A stretch of 64,000 nt of DNA from positions 558,001-622,000 of the forward strand of contig NIVC01000291.1 of assembly GCA_002269645.1 (NCBI GenBank). Reading direction: 5' to 3'. Under the pieces are notes generated by a model that saw only the letters and a program-made list of their open reading frames with translations, had not been told where the DNA came from and ran no database searches. Shown here piece after piece: positions 42,310-56,600 of the stretch. The stretch comes from Macrostomum lignano (lineage: Eukaryota). Numbering within the stretch: position 1 is the stretch's first letter; each line of letters begins with the position of its first letter. The position numbers and the translations under genes are program-made.

Positions 42310-44580
42310 TCGCTCTCTTGTTCTATCTCTCATTGTATCTCACTCTCTTGTTCCATCTCTCATTGTATCTCACTCTCTTTTTCTATCTCTCATTGTATCT
42401 CACTCTCTTGTTCCATCTCTCATTGTATCTCACTCTCTTGTTCCATCTCTCATTGTATCTCACTCTCTTGTTCCATCTCTCATTGTATCTCACTCTCTTG
42501 TTCCATCTCTCATTGTATCTCACTCTCTTGTTCCATCTCTCATTGTATCTCACTCTCTTGTTCTATCTCTCATTGTATCTCACTCTCTTGTTCCATCTCT
42601 CATTGTATCTCACTCTCTTGTTCCATCTCTCATTGTATCTCACTCTCTTGTTCCATCTCTCATGGTATCTCACTCTCTTGTTCCATCTCTCATGGTATCT
42701 AACTCTATTGTTCCATCTCTCATGGTATCTAACTCTATTGTTCCATCTCTCATTGTATCTCACTCTCTTGTTCCATCTCTCATTGTATCTCACTCTCTTG
42801 TTCCATCTCTCATTGTATCTCACTCTCTTGTTCCATCTCTCATTGTATCTCACTCTCTTGTTCCATCTCTCATTGTATCTCACTCTCTTGTTCCATCTCT
42901 CATTGTATCTCACTCTCTTGTTCCATCTCTCATTGTATCTCACTCTCTTGTTCCATCTCTCATTGTATCTCACTCTCTTGTTCTATCTCTCATTGTATCT
43001 CACTCTCTTGTTCCATCTCTCATTGTATCTCACTCTCTTGTTCCATCTCTCATTGTATCTCACTCTCTTGTTCCATCTCTCATTGTATCTCACTCTCTTG
43101 TTCCATCTCTCATTGTATCTCACTCTCTTGTTCCATCTCTCATTGTATCTCACTCTCTTGTTCCATCTCTCATTGTATCTCACTCTCTTGTTCCATCTCT
43201 CATGGTATCTCACTCTCTTGTTCTATCTCTCATTGTATCTAACTCTATTGTTCCATCTCTCATTGTATCTCACTCTCTTGTTCCATCTCTCATGGTATCT
43301 AACTCTATTGTTCCATCTCTCATTGTATCTCACTCTCTTGTTCTATCTCTCATGGTATCTAACTCTATTGTTCCATCTCTCATTGTATCTCACTCTCTTG
43401 TTCCATCTCTCAATGTATCTCACTCTCTTGTTCTATCTCTCATTGTATCTCACTCTCTTGTTCCATCTCTCATTGTATCTCACTCTCTTGTTCCATCTCT
43501 CATTGTATCTCACTCTCTTGTTCCATCTCTCATGGTATCTCACTCTCTTGTTCCATCTCTCATGGTATCTAACTCTATTGTTCCATCTCTCATTGTATCT
43601 CACTCTATTGTTCCATCTCTCATTGTATCTCACTCTCTTGTTCCATCTCTCATTGTATCTCACTCTCTTGTTCCATCTCTCATGGTATCTCACTCTCTTG
43701 TTCCATCTCTCATGGTATCTAACTCTATTGTTCCATCTCTCATTGTATCTCACTCTCTTGTTCTATCTCTCATTGTATCTCACTCTCTTGTTCCATCTCT
43801 CATTGTATCTCACTCTCTTGTTCCATCTCTCATTGTATCTCACTCTCTTGTTCCATCTCTCATTGTATCTCACTCTCTTGTTCCATCTCTCATTGTATCT
43901 CACTCTCTTGTTCCATCTCTCATGGTATCTCACTCTCTTGTTCCATCTCTCATGGTATCTAACTCTATTGTTCCATCTCTCATTGTATCTCACTCTCTTG
44001 TTCCATCTCTCATTGTATCTCACTCTCTTGTTCCATCTCTCATTGTATCTCACTCTCTTGTTCCATCTCTCATGGTATCTCACTCTCTTGTTCCATCTCT
44101 CATTGTATCTCACTCTCTTGTTCCATCTCTCATTGTATCTCACTCTCTTGTTCCATCTCTCATTGTATCTCACTCTCTTGTTCCATCTCTCATTGTATCT
44201 CACTCTCTTGTTCCATCTCTCATTGTATCTCACTCTCTTGTTCCATCTCTCATGGTATCTCACTCTCTTGTTCCATCTCTCATTGTATCTAACTCTCTTG
44301 TTCCATCTCTCATTGTATCTCACTCTCTTGTTCCATCTCTCATGGTATCTCACTCTCTTGTTCCATCTCTCATGGTATCTCACTCTCTTGTTCCATCTCT
44401 CATTGTATCGCACTCTCTTGTTCCATCTCTCATTGTATCTAACTCTCTTGTTCCATCTCTCATTGTATCTCGCTCTCTTGTTCCATCTCTCATTGTATCT
44501 CACTCTCTTGTTCCATCTCTCATTGTATCTCACTCTCTTGTTCCATCTCTCATTGTATCTCACTCTCTTGTTCTTTCTCT
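42310..44580. repeat. Minisatellite, 30-bp unit x about 75, starting about 100 nt after the MYPT stop
   Basis: Unit cattgtatctcactctcttgttccatctct; highly homogeneous with a few recurring variants. Confidence 0.98.
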
Positions 44581-45104
44581 CTCTCTCTCCTCTCTCCTCC
44601 ACCCTCTCTCACTCTTTCACTCTCTCTCTCTCTCTCTTTCTCTCTCCTTCAGTCTCTCAATCGATCTCACTCTCTCCATGCCCCGCATGATCCAAAGCAT
44701 CTCCAGTCGCCCCCAGACCCTCTATTTTTGCTATTCGCGCCCGATTCTGTCAAAGCAATATCTGATGTATTGTGATGCCGACATATCTATTTATGCATGT
44801 AACTTACTGCATGTACAAACTGTGTATTCAAATTCTTGGTGTCACTGGCTGATCAGTGACAGGCTTAATGCTGAATTTATCCTTTCCGCTAGCAACTCGC
44901 GCTGTTTACTACTTTTTACTAACCTTGCATTACTACTGATGAGTAACATGCTCTCTTTCCTTCACTTGATATGCATATATAGTGTTTTACTAATGGTTTA
45001 ATGCTTCCTAATCCTACTGACTGGGGGTTCTCTGACCTTCGGGTTCCACAGATCTGCTGCTGCTCTTGTTGCGGTCTTCCGCGTGTTTCTGTGTGCCTTT
45101 GTTG

Positions 45105-45672
45105 TGATTGGAATTTTCTACTGTCCAATTAGTTTGTCTCCAGTTGTAGCTCATGGAATTTTCCACTGTCCAATTAGTTTGTCTCCAGTTGTAGCTCATG
45201 GAATTTTCCACTGTCCAATTAGTTTGTCTCCAGTTGTAGCTCATGGAATTTTCCACTGTCCAATTAGTTTGTCTCCAGCTGTAGCTCATGGAATTTTCCA
45301 CTGTCCAATTAGTTTGTCTCCAGTTGTAGCTCATGGAATTTTCCACTGTCCAATTAGTTTGTCTCCAGCTGTAGCTCATGGAATTTTCCACTGTCCAATT
45401 AGTTTGTCTCCAGTTGTAGCTCATGGAATTTTCCACTGTCCAATTAGTTTGTCTCCAGTTGTAGCTCATGGAATTTTCCACTGTCCAATTAGTTTGTCTC
45501 CAGCTGTAGCTCATGGAATTTTCCACTGTCCAATTAGTTTGTCTCCAGTTGTAGCTCATGGAATTTTCCACTGTCCAATTAGTTTGTCTCCAGCTGTAGC
45601 TCATGGAATTTTCCACTGTCCAATTAGTTTGTCTCCAGTTGTGGCTCATGGAATTTTCCACTGTCCAATTAG
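45105..45672. repeat. Minisatellite, 45-bp unit x about 12.5
   Basis: Unit tcatggaattttccactgtccaattagtttgtctccag(t/c)tgtagc. Confidence 0.96.
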
Positions 45673-47029
45673 TGAAACGGTCCAGCGGTTCCCATAGCCA
45701 AAGCTTCAGTTTCTATTCAAAGGGCCTTCAAAAGTTCAGCTCTGCGTCCAGGACCCTCCGCTTCCAATTGGTGTTTGCGCGAATCGGCTGTACAGATGCG
45801 ATGCCACTGACTGCCCGGCTGACCCTCCACTGCTCGCCAATAAATCAATCACTTTTACTGGAGGCCACAGCGCTGCTGAATTTATAACTAAATTATCTTA
45901 TAAATTATATGCTTTATTATAGTTTAAATTGCTCATAAATATCTAAATTATAATTCATGATTGACTTGCAGCCGCTCATCAAATACACGCGTATGCCTTG
46001 CATCATTAATTTGGCCTCGTGATTGTTCGCGTCTGGGGCAGCGCCTGCCCTAACACCTGCAGTTGCCTTTCCTGTGTCTGCTTTGGGGACTGCAGCTTGG
46101 CCCCCCTCTGGTAAATAAACCAGATAACACCACAAGATAATTTGCGAATCTTGTCAGATTCACTACCGATTTCCTTGTTTGAGGTGCGAAACTGGTGAAA
46201 CCACCAGATTTGTCAAAAGGTAATTTTAGTGTTATCTGGTTTTACTGTTATCTGGTGAGTTATCTGAATTTCACCAGATAACATGGCCCGAATCTTGCTT
46301 AGAAATCAGATTACATGACAAGATTCGCCACCAGATAATTTTTTGTTTTCTTGTTTTACTGTTATCTGGTGAGTTATCTGAATTTCACAGGATAACATAG
46401 TGCGAATCTTGTTTGAAAATCAGATAACAGAACAAGATTCGCCACCAGATAATTCTCTGTTATCTTGGTTGATCGAACCTTGTTTGAATCGGAATTTCAC
46501 AGGATAACATGGCGTGAATCTTGTTTAAAAAACAGATAACAGTACAAGATTTTAATCAAGATAACTGTGTGTTATCTGGTCTGTAAGAAACCTGTGTGAA
46601 TTTGAAATTTGCCGGATAACATGATGCGAATCTTGTTTGCAAAGCAGATAATGGAAAAAGATTTCAATCAAGATGCCTTTGTGTTATCCGGTCTGTAAAA
46701 ACCCATTGTACTTTTCACCCAGAATTTTTTCCAGAATTTCGTGATCCGGGCCCGATTTATTAATTGATTTCCAAGTGAAGGCTTGGATCAGAATTTTTGG
46801 CCCGGAATAGCCCCTCTTTTCCGGAAAATGTGATCCTGCAAAAGTTCGGGAAAGGGAAAAGCTGTTCCAGCTGGATTTATCAAAATTTTTAACCTGGAAC
46901 AGCTGCTGAATTCTGATTGCAGACCCAAATTTCAGGTTTTCCAAATGAAAATTTTCTGGATGAGATTTTGGGAGTTCAGTCGGAATTCCTCAGCGATCTA
47001 GACCAAGTGATCAATCAATCCTCGCTTCT

Positions 47030-47880
47030 GTTGTGGCTCAATCAAGGCAGCTGCTAAGCTGACCTGCGATGGATAATCAATCCTCGCTTCTGTTGTGGCT
47101 CAAGGCAGCTGCTAAGCTGACCTGCGATGGATAATCAATCCTCGCTTCTGTTGTGGCTCAAGGCAGCTGCTAAGCTGACCTGCGATGGATAATCAATCCT
47201 CGCTTCTGTTGTGGCTCAAGGCAGCTGCTAAGCTGACCTGCGATGGATAATCAATCCTCGCTTCTGTTGTGGCTCAAGGCAGCTGCTAAGCTGACCGGCG
47301 ATGGATAATCAATCCTCGCTTCTGTTGTGGCTCAAGGCAGCTGCTAAGCTGACCTGCGATGGATAATCAATCCTCGCTTCTGTTGTGGCTCAAGGCAGCT
47401 GCTAAGCTGACCTGCGATGGATAATCAATCCTCGCTTCTGTTGTGGCTCAAGGCAGCTGCTAAGCTGACCTGCGATGGATAATAAATCCTCGCTTCTGTT
47501 GTGGCTCAAGGCAGCTGCTAAGCTGACCGGCGATGGATAATCAATCCTCGCTTCTGTTGTGGCTCAAGGCAGCTGCTAAGCTGACCTGCGATGGATAATC
47601 AATCCTCGCTTCTGTTGTGGCTCAAGGCAGCTGCTAAGCTGACCTGCGATGGATAATCAATCCTCGCTTCTGTTGTGGCTCAAGGCAGCTGCTAAGCTGA
47701 CCTGCGATGGATAATCAATCCTCGCTTCTGTTGTGGCTCAAGGCAGCTGCTAAGCTGACCTGCGATGGATAATCAATCCTCGCTTCTGTTGTGGCTCAAG
47801 GCAGCTGCTAAGCTGACCTGCGATGGATAATCAATCCTCGCTTCTGTTGTGGCTCAAGGCAGCTGCTAAGCTGACCTGCG
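47030..47880. repeat. Tandem repeat, 58-bp unit x about 14.5, inside the CACTA-like element
   Basis: Unit aatcaatcctcgcttctgttgtggctcaaggcagctgctaagctgacctgcgatggat. Confidence 0.96.
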
Positions 47881-48823
47881 AGGGGTAAAGTGCCATATAT
47901 CAGCAAACGCTAGCGCTCGTAATGTGAGGCCGTGCCCACCCTCCCTGCAGGTGATAGCTTTGTTGGCTCTCCGACAAACTATTGCATTTTTATTGTGCTG
48001 GAGAGGTTTGACTCCCAATGGCATGTAGTCTGTCGCGGTTACTTAGTGTATCAGATTACCCTATTATCTGGTGCAGCTGGGTGTCTAGATGGAGCTGTGG
48101 CATGGTTCCAAAAGCTTCTACTGGCCCAGTTCTAAGGTAGCCTTTTTTTAAGACAGACGTTATTCTAGCTCTTGCTAGAGCATGCTCCATTGGGTTGTCT
48201 AAAGCGTCTGCAGTGTTGGTGTATGGCTACCAGCGAGGGATAATGGAACCCCGCTTCAACCGATGAATCAGAGTTGAGCAGTTGACTGAAAATGCTGACC
48301 TACGAGGGGTAATCAATCCTCGCGTCTGTTGTGGCTCAAGGCAGCTGCTTAGAGTAGTCACTTCTATTTGACTATGCGGGTCAATCTAATCCGAGGGGTA
48401 ATAAAGCCTCGAAATTGCAAGGTGAATTGATCTGCTTTTCGGAGGCACTGTAGCGTCCGTAATGTGAGGCTGAGCCCATCCTCCGTACAGGTGACAATTG
48501 AAAAATTGTTGCGCCCTGATTGTGTGCGAGAGGTTTGACTACCACTGGCATGTAGTCTATCACAGCTGCTTAGTGTGTCAACGGGCTGAATAATTCTATC
48601 GTCATATTTGACGCTTAGAAGCATGAGTCAGCCAACCATATTGTTTGGCACAGCTGGGTGTCTAGACGGAGACTGTGGCATGGTTCCAAATAGCTCTAAC
48701 TGGCCCAGTATGCAAAGCAGCTTTCCTATTAAGATAGACGCTAATCCGATTTTTGTCGGTGCATGCTCCATTGGTTTGTCTAAGGCGTTTGCAGTTGCAC
48801 CAGCCGTAAGCAGATCAAGTCAA

Positions 48824-49000
48824 GAGAGTAGTCGTTACAGACTACGAGTGTCGGAAATCTTGTCGAGCTTTAATAAATCCTCGAACAAGTCAAAAGAGTA
48901 GTCGTTACAGACTACGAGTGTTGGTAATCTTGTCGAGATTTAATAAATCCTCGAACAAGTCAAAAGAGTAGTCGTTACAGACTACGAGTGTCGGTAATCT
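48824..49000. repeat. Tandem repeat, 70-bp x about 2.5
   Basis: gtcgttacagactacgagtg at 48831, 48901 and 48971. Confidence 0.9.
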
Positions 49001-49919
49001 TGTCAGCCACTTTTTCCGGAGGGTGTCACTGCTTCGAACGACGCAGTTGATGACGCCGTTGGACGATCGTCCATCGCACGAGCGACATCTGCAACGCCAA
49101 GTCGGTTGGATATTACCGTTGGCACACGGGATTGCGAAGACAATCATGTAAGAGTTTCCAGCGTAGTCGGCATTTCGTGGACGCAACGAAGCCAGCGCCG
49201 CGCGAGCCGGCGCATCAGATGATACACCATTCACTTTGTCTCCGGTCTACGAGCAGCCGATCAACGAAAGCCAGTTGATTCCGGATGACGACTATGCTAC
49301 GAATGACAATTCTATCGAAGCAGCTGACATTACTAGTGAACAGTCTTACAATCTGGCAATGATTGTCGGCGAACCGTCGCTGTCTGTTAGAGCTAGACGA
49401 TCGAGTATGTATGCACATTACTGTTTCTTTATAACAGTGTATATTTCGGAGAAACTGCCTTCCATCGCCATTTAATTTAACTTTAATAATGCAGAGTCGT
49501 TCCATTGCGCCGGCATATAATGCAAGCCCCCGTCAGTGGTCTCATTAATCGCCTTCCGTGCGCGCGACCCGATCTTTCAAACGTCTGGCTCACGCGTCGA
49601 CTGCCATCAGAGTCGCGTCCGAGTACAGCAGGTCCGACCTGCGACTCAGCACCAGCTCGCAGCAGATCATCAATTCAGTAGTATCAATTGGTATCCACAG
49701 TATAAGTAGGTCTACTTATAACTGGACTCCCGAAACTCAGACGTATGCCACGCTGTTCTCCAGAAGTTTCCGTTCCTGTTGAGCTACTGTTTAGTTTGTA
49801 TAAGGCGCTTACAAATGACACCCCGCTGTTAAATAGATGCTACTCATAAAATCTTGAAGCACCAACTTTTTATACGCTTCTTTGCTACGAAATTTGATGT
49901 CAATGCCTTCCGGATTTTT

Positions 49920-52520
49920 TCGCATGAATTACCCAACTGTTACCTGGTCAGCGAATCCTGTTTGCCAGACAGGATAACAAACAAGATAACAAACAGGATA
50001 ACACGATGTTTCCCTGCAGGATTCGCATGAATTACCCGACTGTTACCTGGTCAGCGAATCCTGTTCGCCAGACAGGATAACAAACAAGATAACAAACAGG
50101 ATAACACGATGTTTCCCTGCAGGATTCGCATGAATTACCCAACTGTTACCTGGTCAGCGAATCCTGTTTGCCAGACAGGATAACAAACAAGATAACAAAC
50201 AGGATAACACGATGTTTCCCTGCAGGATTCGCATGAATTACCCGACTGTTACCTGGTCAGCGAATCCTGTTCGCCAGACAGGATAACAAACAAGATAACA
50301 AACAGGATAACACGATGTTTCCCTGCAGGATTCGCATGAATTACCCGACTGTTACCTGGTCAGCGAATCCTGTTTGCCAGACAGGATAACAAACAAGATA
50401 ACAAACAGGATAACACGATGTTTCCCTGCAGGATTCGCATGAATTACCCAACTGTTACCTGGTCAGCGAATCCTGTTTGCCAGACAGGATAACACGATGT
50501 TTTCATGCAGGATTCGCATGAATTACCCAACTGTTACCTGGTCAGCGAATCCTGTTTGCCAGACAGGATAACAAACAAGATAACAAACAGGATAACACGA
50601 TGTTTCCCTGCAGGATTCGCATGAATTACCCGACTGTTACCTGGTCAGCGAATCCTGTTCGCCAGACAGGATAACAAACAAGATAACAAACAGGATAACA
50701 CGATGTTTCCCTGCAGGATTCGCATGAATTACCCAACTGTTACCTGGTCAGCGAATCCTGTTTGCCAGACAGGATAACAAACAAGATAACAAACAGGATA
50801 ACACGATGTTTCCCTGCAGGATTCGCATGAATTACCCGACTGTTACCTGGTCAGCGAATCCTGTTTGCCAGACAGGATAACAAACAAGATAACAAACAGG
50901 ATAACACGATGTTTCCCTGCAGGATTCGCATGAATTACCCGACTGTTACCTGGTCAGCGAATCCTGTTTGCCAGACAGGATAACAAACAAGATAACAAAC
51001 AGGATAACACGATGTTTCCCTGCAGGATTCGCATGAATTACCCAACTGTTACCTGGTCAGCGAATCCTGTTTGCCAGACAGGATAACACGATGTTTTCAT
51101 GCAGGATTCGCATGAATTACCCAACTGTTACCTGGTCAGCGAATCCTGTTTGCCAGACAGGATAACAAACAAGATAACAAACAGGATAACACGATGTTTC
51201 CCTGCAGGATTCGCATGAATTACCCGACTGTTACCTGGTCAGCGAATCCTGTTTGCCAGACAGGATAACAAACAAGATAACAAACAGGATAACACGATGT
51301 TTCCCTGCAGGATTCGCATGAATTACCCAACTGTTACCTGGTCAGCGAATCCTGTTTGCCAGACAGGATAACACGATGTTTTCATGCAGGATTCGCATGA
51401 ATTACCCAACTGTTACCTGGTCAGCGAATCCTGTTTGCCAGACAGGATAACAAACAAGATAACAAACAGGATAACACGATGTTTCCCTGCAGGATTCGCA
51501 TGAATTACCCGACTGTTACCTGGTCAGCGAATCCTGTTTGCCAGACAGGATAACAAACAAGATAACAAACAGGATAACACGATGTTTCCCTGCAGGATTC
51601 GCATGAATTACCCGACTGTTACCTGGTCAGCGAATCCTGTTTGCCAGACAGGATAACAAACAAGATAACAAACAGGATAACACGATGTTTCCCTGCAGGA
51701 TTCGCATGAATTACCCAACTGTTACCTGGTCAGCGAATCCTGTTTGCCAGACAGGATAACAAACAAGATAACAAACAGGATAACACGATGTTTCCCTGCA
51801 GGATTCGCATGAATTACCCGACTGTTACCTGGTCAGCGAATCCTGTTTGCCAGACAGGATAACAAACAGGATAACACGATGTTTTCCTGCAGGATTCGCA
51901 TGAATTACCCGACTGTTACCTGGTCAGCGAATCCTGTTTGCCAGACAGGATAACAAACAAGATAACAAACAGGATAACACGATGTTTTCCTGCAGGATTC
52001 GCATGATTTACCCAACTGTTACCTGGTCAGCGAATCCTGTTTGCCAGACAGGATAACAAACAAGATAACAAACAGGATAACACGATGTTTCCCTGCAGGA
52101 TTCGCATGAATTACCCAACTGTTACCTGGTCAGCGAATCCTGTTTGCCAGACAGGATAACACGATGTTTTCATGCAGGATTCGCATGAATTACCCAACTG
52201 TTACCTGGTCAGCGAATCCTGTTTGCCAGACAGGATAACAAACAAGATAACAAACAGGATAACACGATGTTTCCCTGCAGGATTCGCATGAATTACCCGA
52301 CTGTTACCTGGTCAGCGAATCCTGTTTGCCAGACAGGATAACAAACAAGATAACAAACAGGATAACACGATGTTTTCCTGCAGGATTCGCATGAATTACC
52401 CAACTGTTACCTGGTCAGCGAATCCTGTTTGCCAGACAGGATAACAAACAAGATAACAAACAGGATAACACGATGTTTTCCTGCAGGATTCGCATGAATT
52501 ACCCGACTGTTACCTGGTCA
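49920..52520. repeat. Satellite, 103-bp unit (79-bp deletion variant) x about 26, in the right subterminal region of the CACTA-like element
   Basis: gcatgaattaccc recurs at 49922, 50025 and onward; units are built from (cag/caa)gataac and gaatcctgttt motifs. Confidence 0.97.
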
Positions 52521-52680
52521 ATGAATCTTATTTGAATCTTGTTTGAAACAAGGAAACGTAAGATTTCGTCACGCAAACAGGATTCATACAAGATAACATT
52601 TTGCGTAACCGGAATGGGGCATGTTATCTTGTTTGAGCGAAAGTTATCTTGTGATGTTATCTGGTTTATTTACCAGAGGG

Positions 52681-53112
52681 CCAGCAACTGAGGATCTGGG
52701 AGGCCAGCTCAGCAACTGAGGATCTGGGAGGCTGGCCCAGCAACTGAGGATCTGGGAGGCCAGCCTCAGCAACTGAGGATCTGGGAGGCTGGCCCAGCAA
52801 CTGAGGATCTGAGAGGCTGGCCCAGCAACTGAGGAGCTGGAAGGCTGGCCCAGCAACTGAGGATCTGGGAGGCTGGCCCAGCAACTGAGGATCTGGGAGG
52901 CTGGCCCAGCAACTGAGGATCTGGGAGGCTGGCCCAGCAACTGAGGGTCTGGGAGGCTCGCCCAGCAACTGAGGGTCTGGGAGGCTGGCCCAGCAACTGA
53001 GGAGCTGCATGGAAGGCTGGCCCAGCAACTGAGGAGCTGGAAGGCTGGCCCAGCAACTGAGTATCTGAGAGGCTGGCCCAGCAACTGAGGATCTGAGAGG
53101 CTGGCCCAGCAA
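52681..53112. repeat. Minisatellite, 28-bp unit x about 15
   Basis: Unit ctggcccagcaactgaggatctgggagg, the reverse complement of the 35675-35975 unit. Confidence 0.94.
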
Positions 53113-53689
53113 CATATGCAAGAAGCGTTTTTCGGGTTTACCGGCTCCAAAAGTGCTCGCTGAGTTCCCATCATTAAAAATATTCATTATGCATACATGT
53201 ATCTGCTCAACAATCAACTCATTATATCGCCTTGCTGGCAATTGACAGCGGGGGTGCAGGCCGCTCCCACAACCACTCACCCTGCCTCACCTGCAGTCGC
53301 TCTCCCGACCTCAGGGGCGCTGCTGTCTCGCATCATTTGAAAATTTCCAGCAGGTGTTGCCAGAGTCTGGGCTAGCGCCATCATCGGACTGCCTTCCCAC
53401 CACCCGCCTCCCGTTTAGCAATTGTGATCTGAGCTCTTGAGACTAGCGAAATATCCCGTCCTTTGCTCCCGGCCGGCCAGGTACTGCCGTTTTGCCGTTG
53501 CTAAACAATAAAACCGATGGCGATGGAGAAGGCGATGGGGTGGATTTAAGCCGCCTCTTCATTATAGCTTGCCGTACAGTTCTGGGCCTTTTGAAACCGC
53601 TTTGTGACAATGAGTAAAATTTACATACTTGCTGACCTCCCGACGAAACGGGACTGACGCTCACTGACTGACTGACACCAGGGGCTGAC

Positions 53690-56600
53690 ACTGGCACTCA
53701 CTGACACCGACTAACACTGACACCGACTGACACTGACTGGCCCTGACTGGCCCTGACACTCACTGACACCGACTGACACCGACTGACAGCGACTGACACT
53801 GACACTGACTGACAGCGACTGACACTGACTGACACTGACTGACACTGACTGACACTGACTGACACTGACTGACACTGACTGACAGCGACTGACACTGACT
53901 GACACTGACTGACACTGACTGACACTGACTGACACTGACACTGACTGACACTGACTGACACTGACTGACACTGACTGACACTGACTGACACTGACTGACA
54001 CTGACTGACACTGACACTGATACCTGACTGACACTGACTGACACTGACTGACACTGACTGACACTGACTGACACTGACTGACACTGACTGACACTGACTG
54101 ACACTGACACTGACTGACACTGACTGACACTGACTGACACTGACACTGACTGACACTGACTGACACTGACACTGATACCTGACTGACACTGACTGACACT
54201 GACTGACACTGACTGACACTGACTGACACTGACTGACACTGACACTGATACCTGACTGACACTGACTGACACTGACTGACACTGACTGACACTGACTGAC
54301 ACTGACTGACACTGACTGACACTGACTGACACTGACACTGACTGACACTGACTGACACTGACTGACACTGACACTGACTGACACTGACTGACACTGACTG
54401 ACACTGACACTGACTGACACTGACTGACACTGACTGACACTGACACTGACTGACACTGACTGACACTGACTGACACTGACTGACACTGACACTGACTGAC
54501 ACTGACTGACACTGACTGACACTGACACTGACTGACACTGACTGACACTGACACTGATACCTGACTGACACTGACTGACACTGACTGACACTGACTGACA
54601 CTGACTGACACTGACTGACACTGACTGACACTGACTGACACTGACTGACACTGACACTGACTGACACTGACTGACACTGACACTGATACCTGACTGACAC
54701 TGACTGACACTGACTGACACTGACTGACACTGACTGACACTGACTGACACTGACACTGATACCTGACTGACACTGACTGACACTGACTGACACTGACTGA
54801 CACTGACTGACACTGACTGACACTGACTGACACTGACTGACACTGACACTGACTGACACTGACTGACACTGACTGACACTGACACTGACTGACACTGACT
54901 GACACTGACTGACACTGACTGACACTGACACTGACTGACACTGACTGACACTGACTGACACTGACACTGACTGACACTGACTGACACTGACACTGATACC
55001 TGACTGACACTGACTGACACTGACTGACACTGACACTGACTGACACTGACTGACACTGACACTGATACCTGACTGACACTGACTGACACTGACTGACACT
55101 GACTGACACTGACTGACACTGACTGACACTGACACTGACTGACACTGACTGACACTGACTGACACTGACTGACACTGACTGACACTGACTGACACTGACA
55201 CTGACACTGACTGACACTGACTGACACTGACTGACACTGACTGACACTGACTGACACTGACTGACACTGACTGACACTGACACTGACTGACACTGACTGA
55301 CACTGACTGACACTGACACTGACTGACACTGACACTGACACTGACTGACAGCGACTGACACTGACTGACACTGACTGACACTGACTGACACTGACTGACA
55401 CTGACACTGACTGACACTGACTGACACTGACTGACACTGACTGACACTGACTGACACTGACTGACACTGACACTGACTGACACTGACTGACACTGACTGA
55501 CACTGACTGACACTGACACTGACTGACACTGACTGACACTGACTGACACTGACTGACACTGACACTGACTGACACTGACTGACACTGACTGACACTGACA
55601 CTGACTGACACTGACTGACACTGACTGACACTGACTGACACTGACTGACACTGACACTGACTGACACTGACTGACACTGACTGACACTGACTGACACTGA
55701 CTGACACTGACACTGACTGACACTGACTGACACTGACTGACACTGACTGACACTGACTGACACTGACTGACACTGACTGACACTGACACTGATACCTGAC
55801 TGACACTGACTGACACTGACACTGACTGACACTGACACTGACACTGACTGACACTGACACTGATACCTGACTGACACTGATACTGACTGACACTGACTGA
55901 CACTGACTGACACTGACTGACACTGACACTGACACTGACTGACACTGACACTGACACTGACACTGACACTGACTGACACTGATACTACTGACACTGACTG
56001 ACACTGACTGACACTGACTGACACTGACACTGACACTGACTGACACTGACACTGACACTGACTGACACTGACACTGACACTGACTGACACTGACACTGAC
56101 TGACACTGACACTGACTGACACTGACACTGACTGACACTGATACTACTGACACTGACTGACACTGATACTGACACTGACACTGACACTGACTGACACTGA
56201 CACTGACACTGACACTGACTGACACTGACTGACACTGACTGACACTGACTGACACTGACACTGATACCTGACTGACACTGACTGACACTGACACTGACTG
56301 ACACTGACACTGACACTGACTGACACTGACACTGATACCTGACTGACACTGATACTGACTGACACTGACTGACACTGACACTGACACTGACTGACACTGA
56401 CTGACACTGACACTGATACCTGACTGACACTGACTGACACTGACACTGACACTGACACTGACACTGACTGACACTGATACTACTGACACTGACTGACACT
56501 GACTGACACTGATACTGACACTGACACTGACACTGACTGACACTGACACTGACACTGACTGACACTGACACTGACTGACACTGACACTGACTGACACTGA

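Larger units (their letters stand above)
46104..52680. mobile_element. CMC/CACTA(EnSpm)-like non-autonomous DNA transposon, 6.6 kb
   Basis: 37-bp TIR ccctctggtaaataaaccagataacaccacaagataa versus the right-end reverse complement ccctctggtaaataaaccagataacatcacaagataa (1 mismatch). 2-bp TSD cc; rejoined flanks give gcttggcccagcaactgagg, the 28-bp minisatellite unit. Both subterminal regions are dense in GATAAC/GTTATC and gaatcttgttt motifs. No transposase recognised inside. Confidence 0.82.

Noticed and set aside
42318-45001. ORFs of 779-790 aa
   Set aside because: Translations of the 30-bp minisatellite, with no start or splice context.
49920-52520. CRISPR-like regular array
   Set aside because: Units are contiguous and near-identical with no unique spacers; there are no cas genes and the context is eukaryotic.
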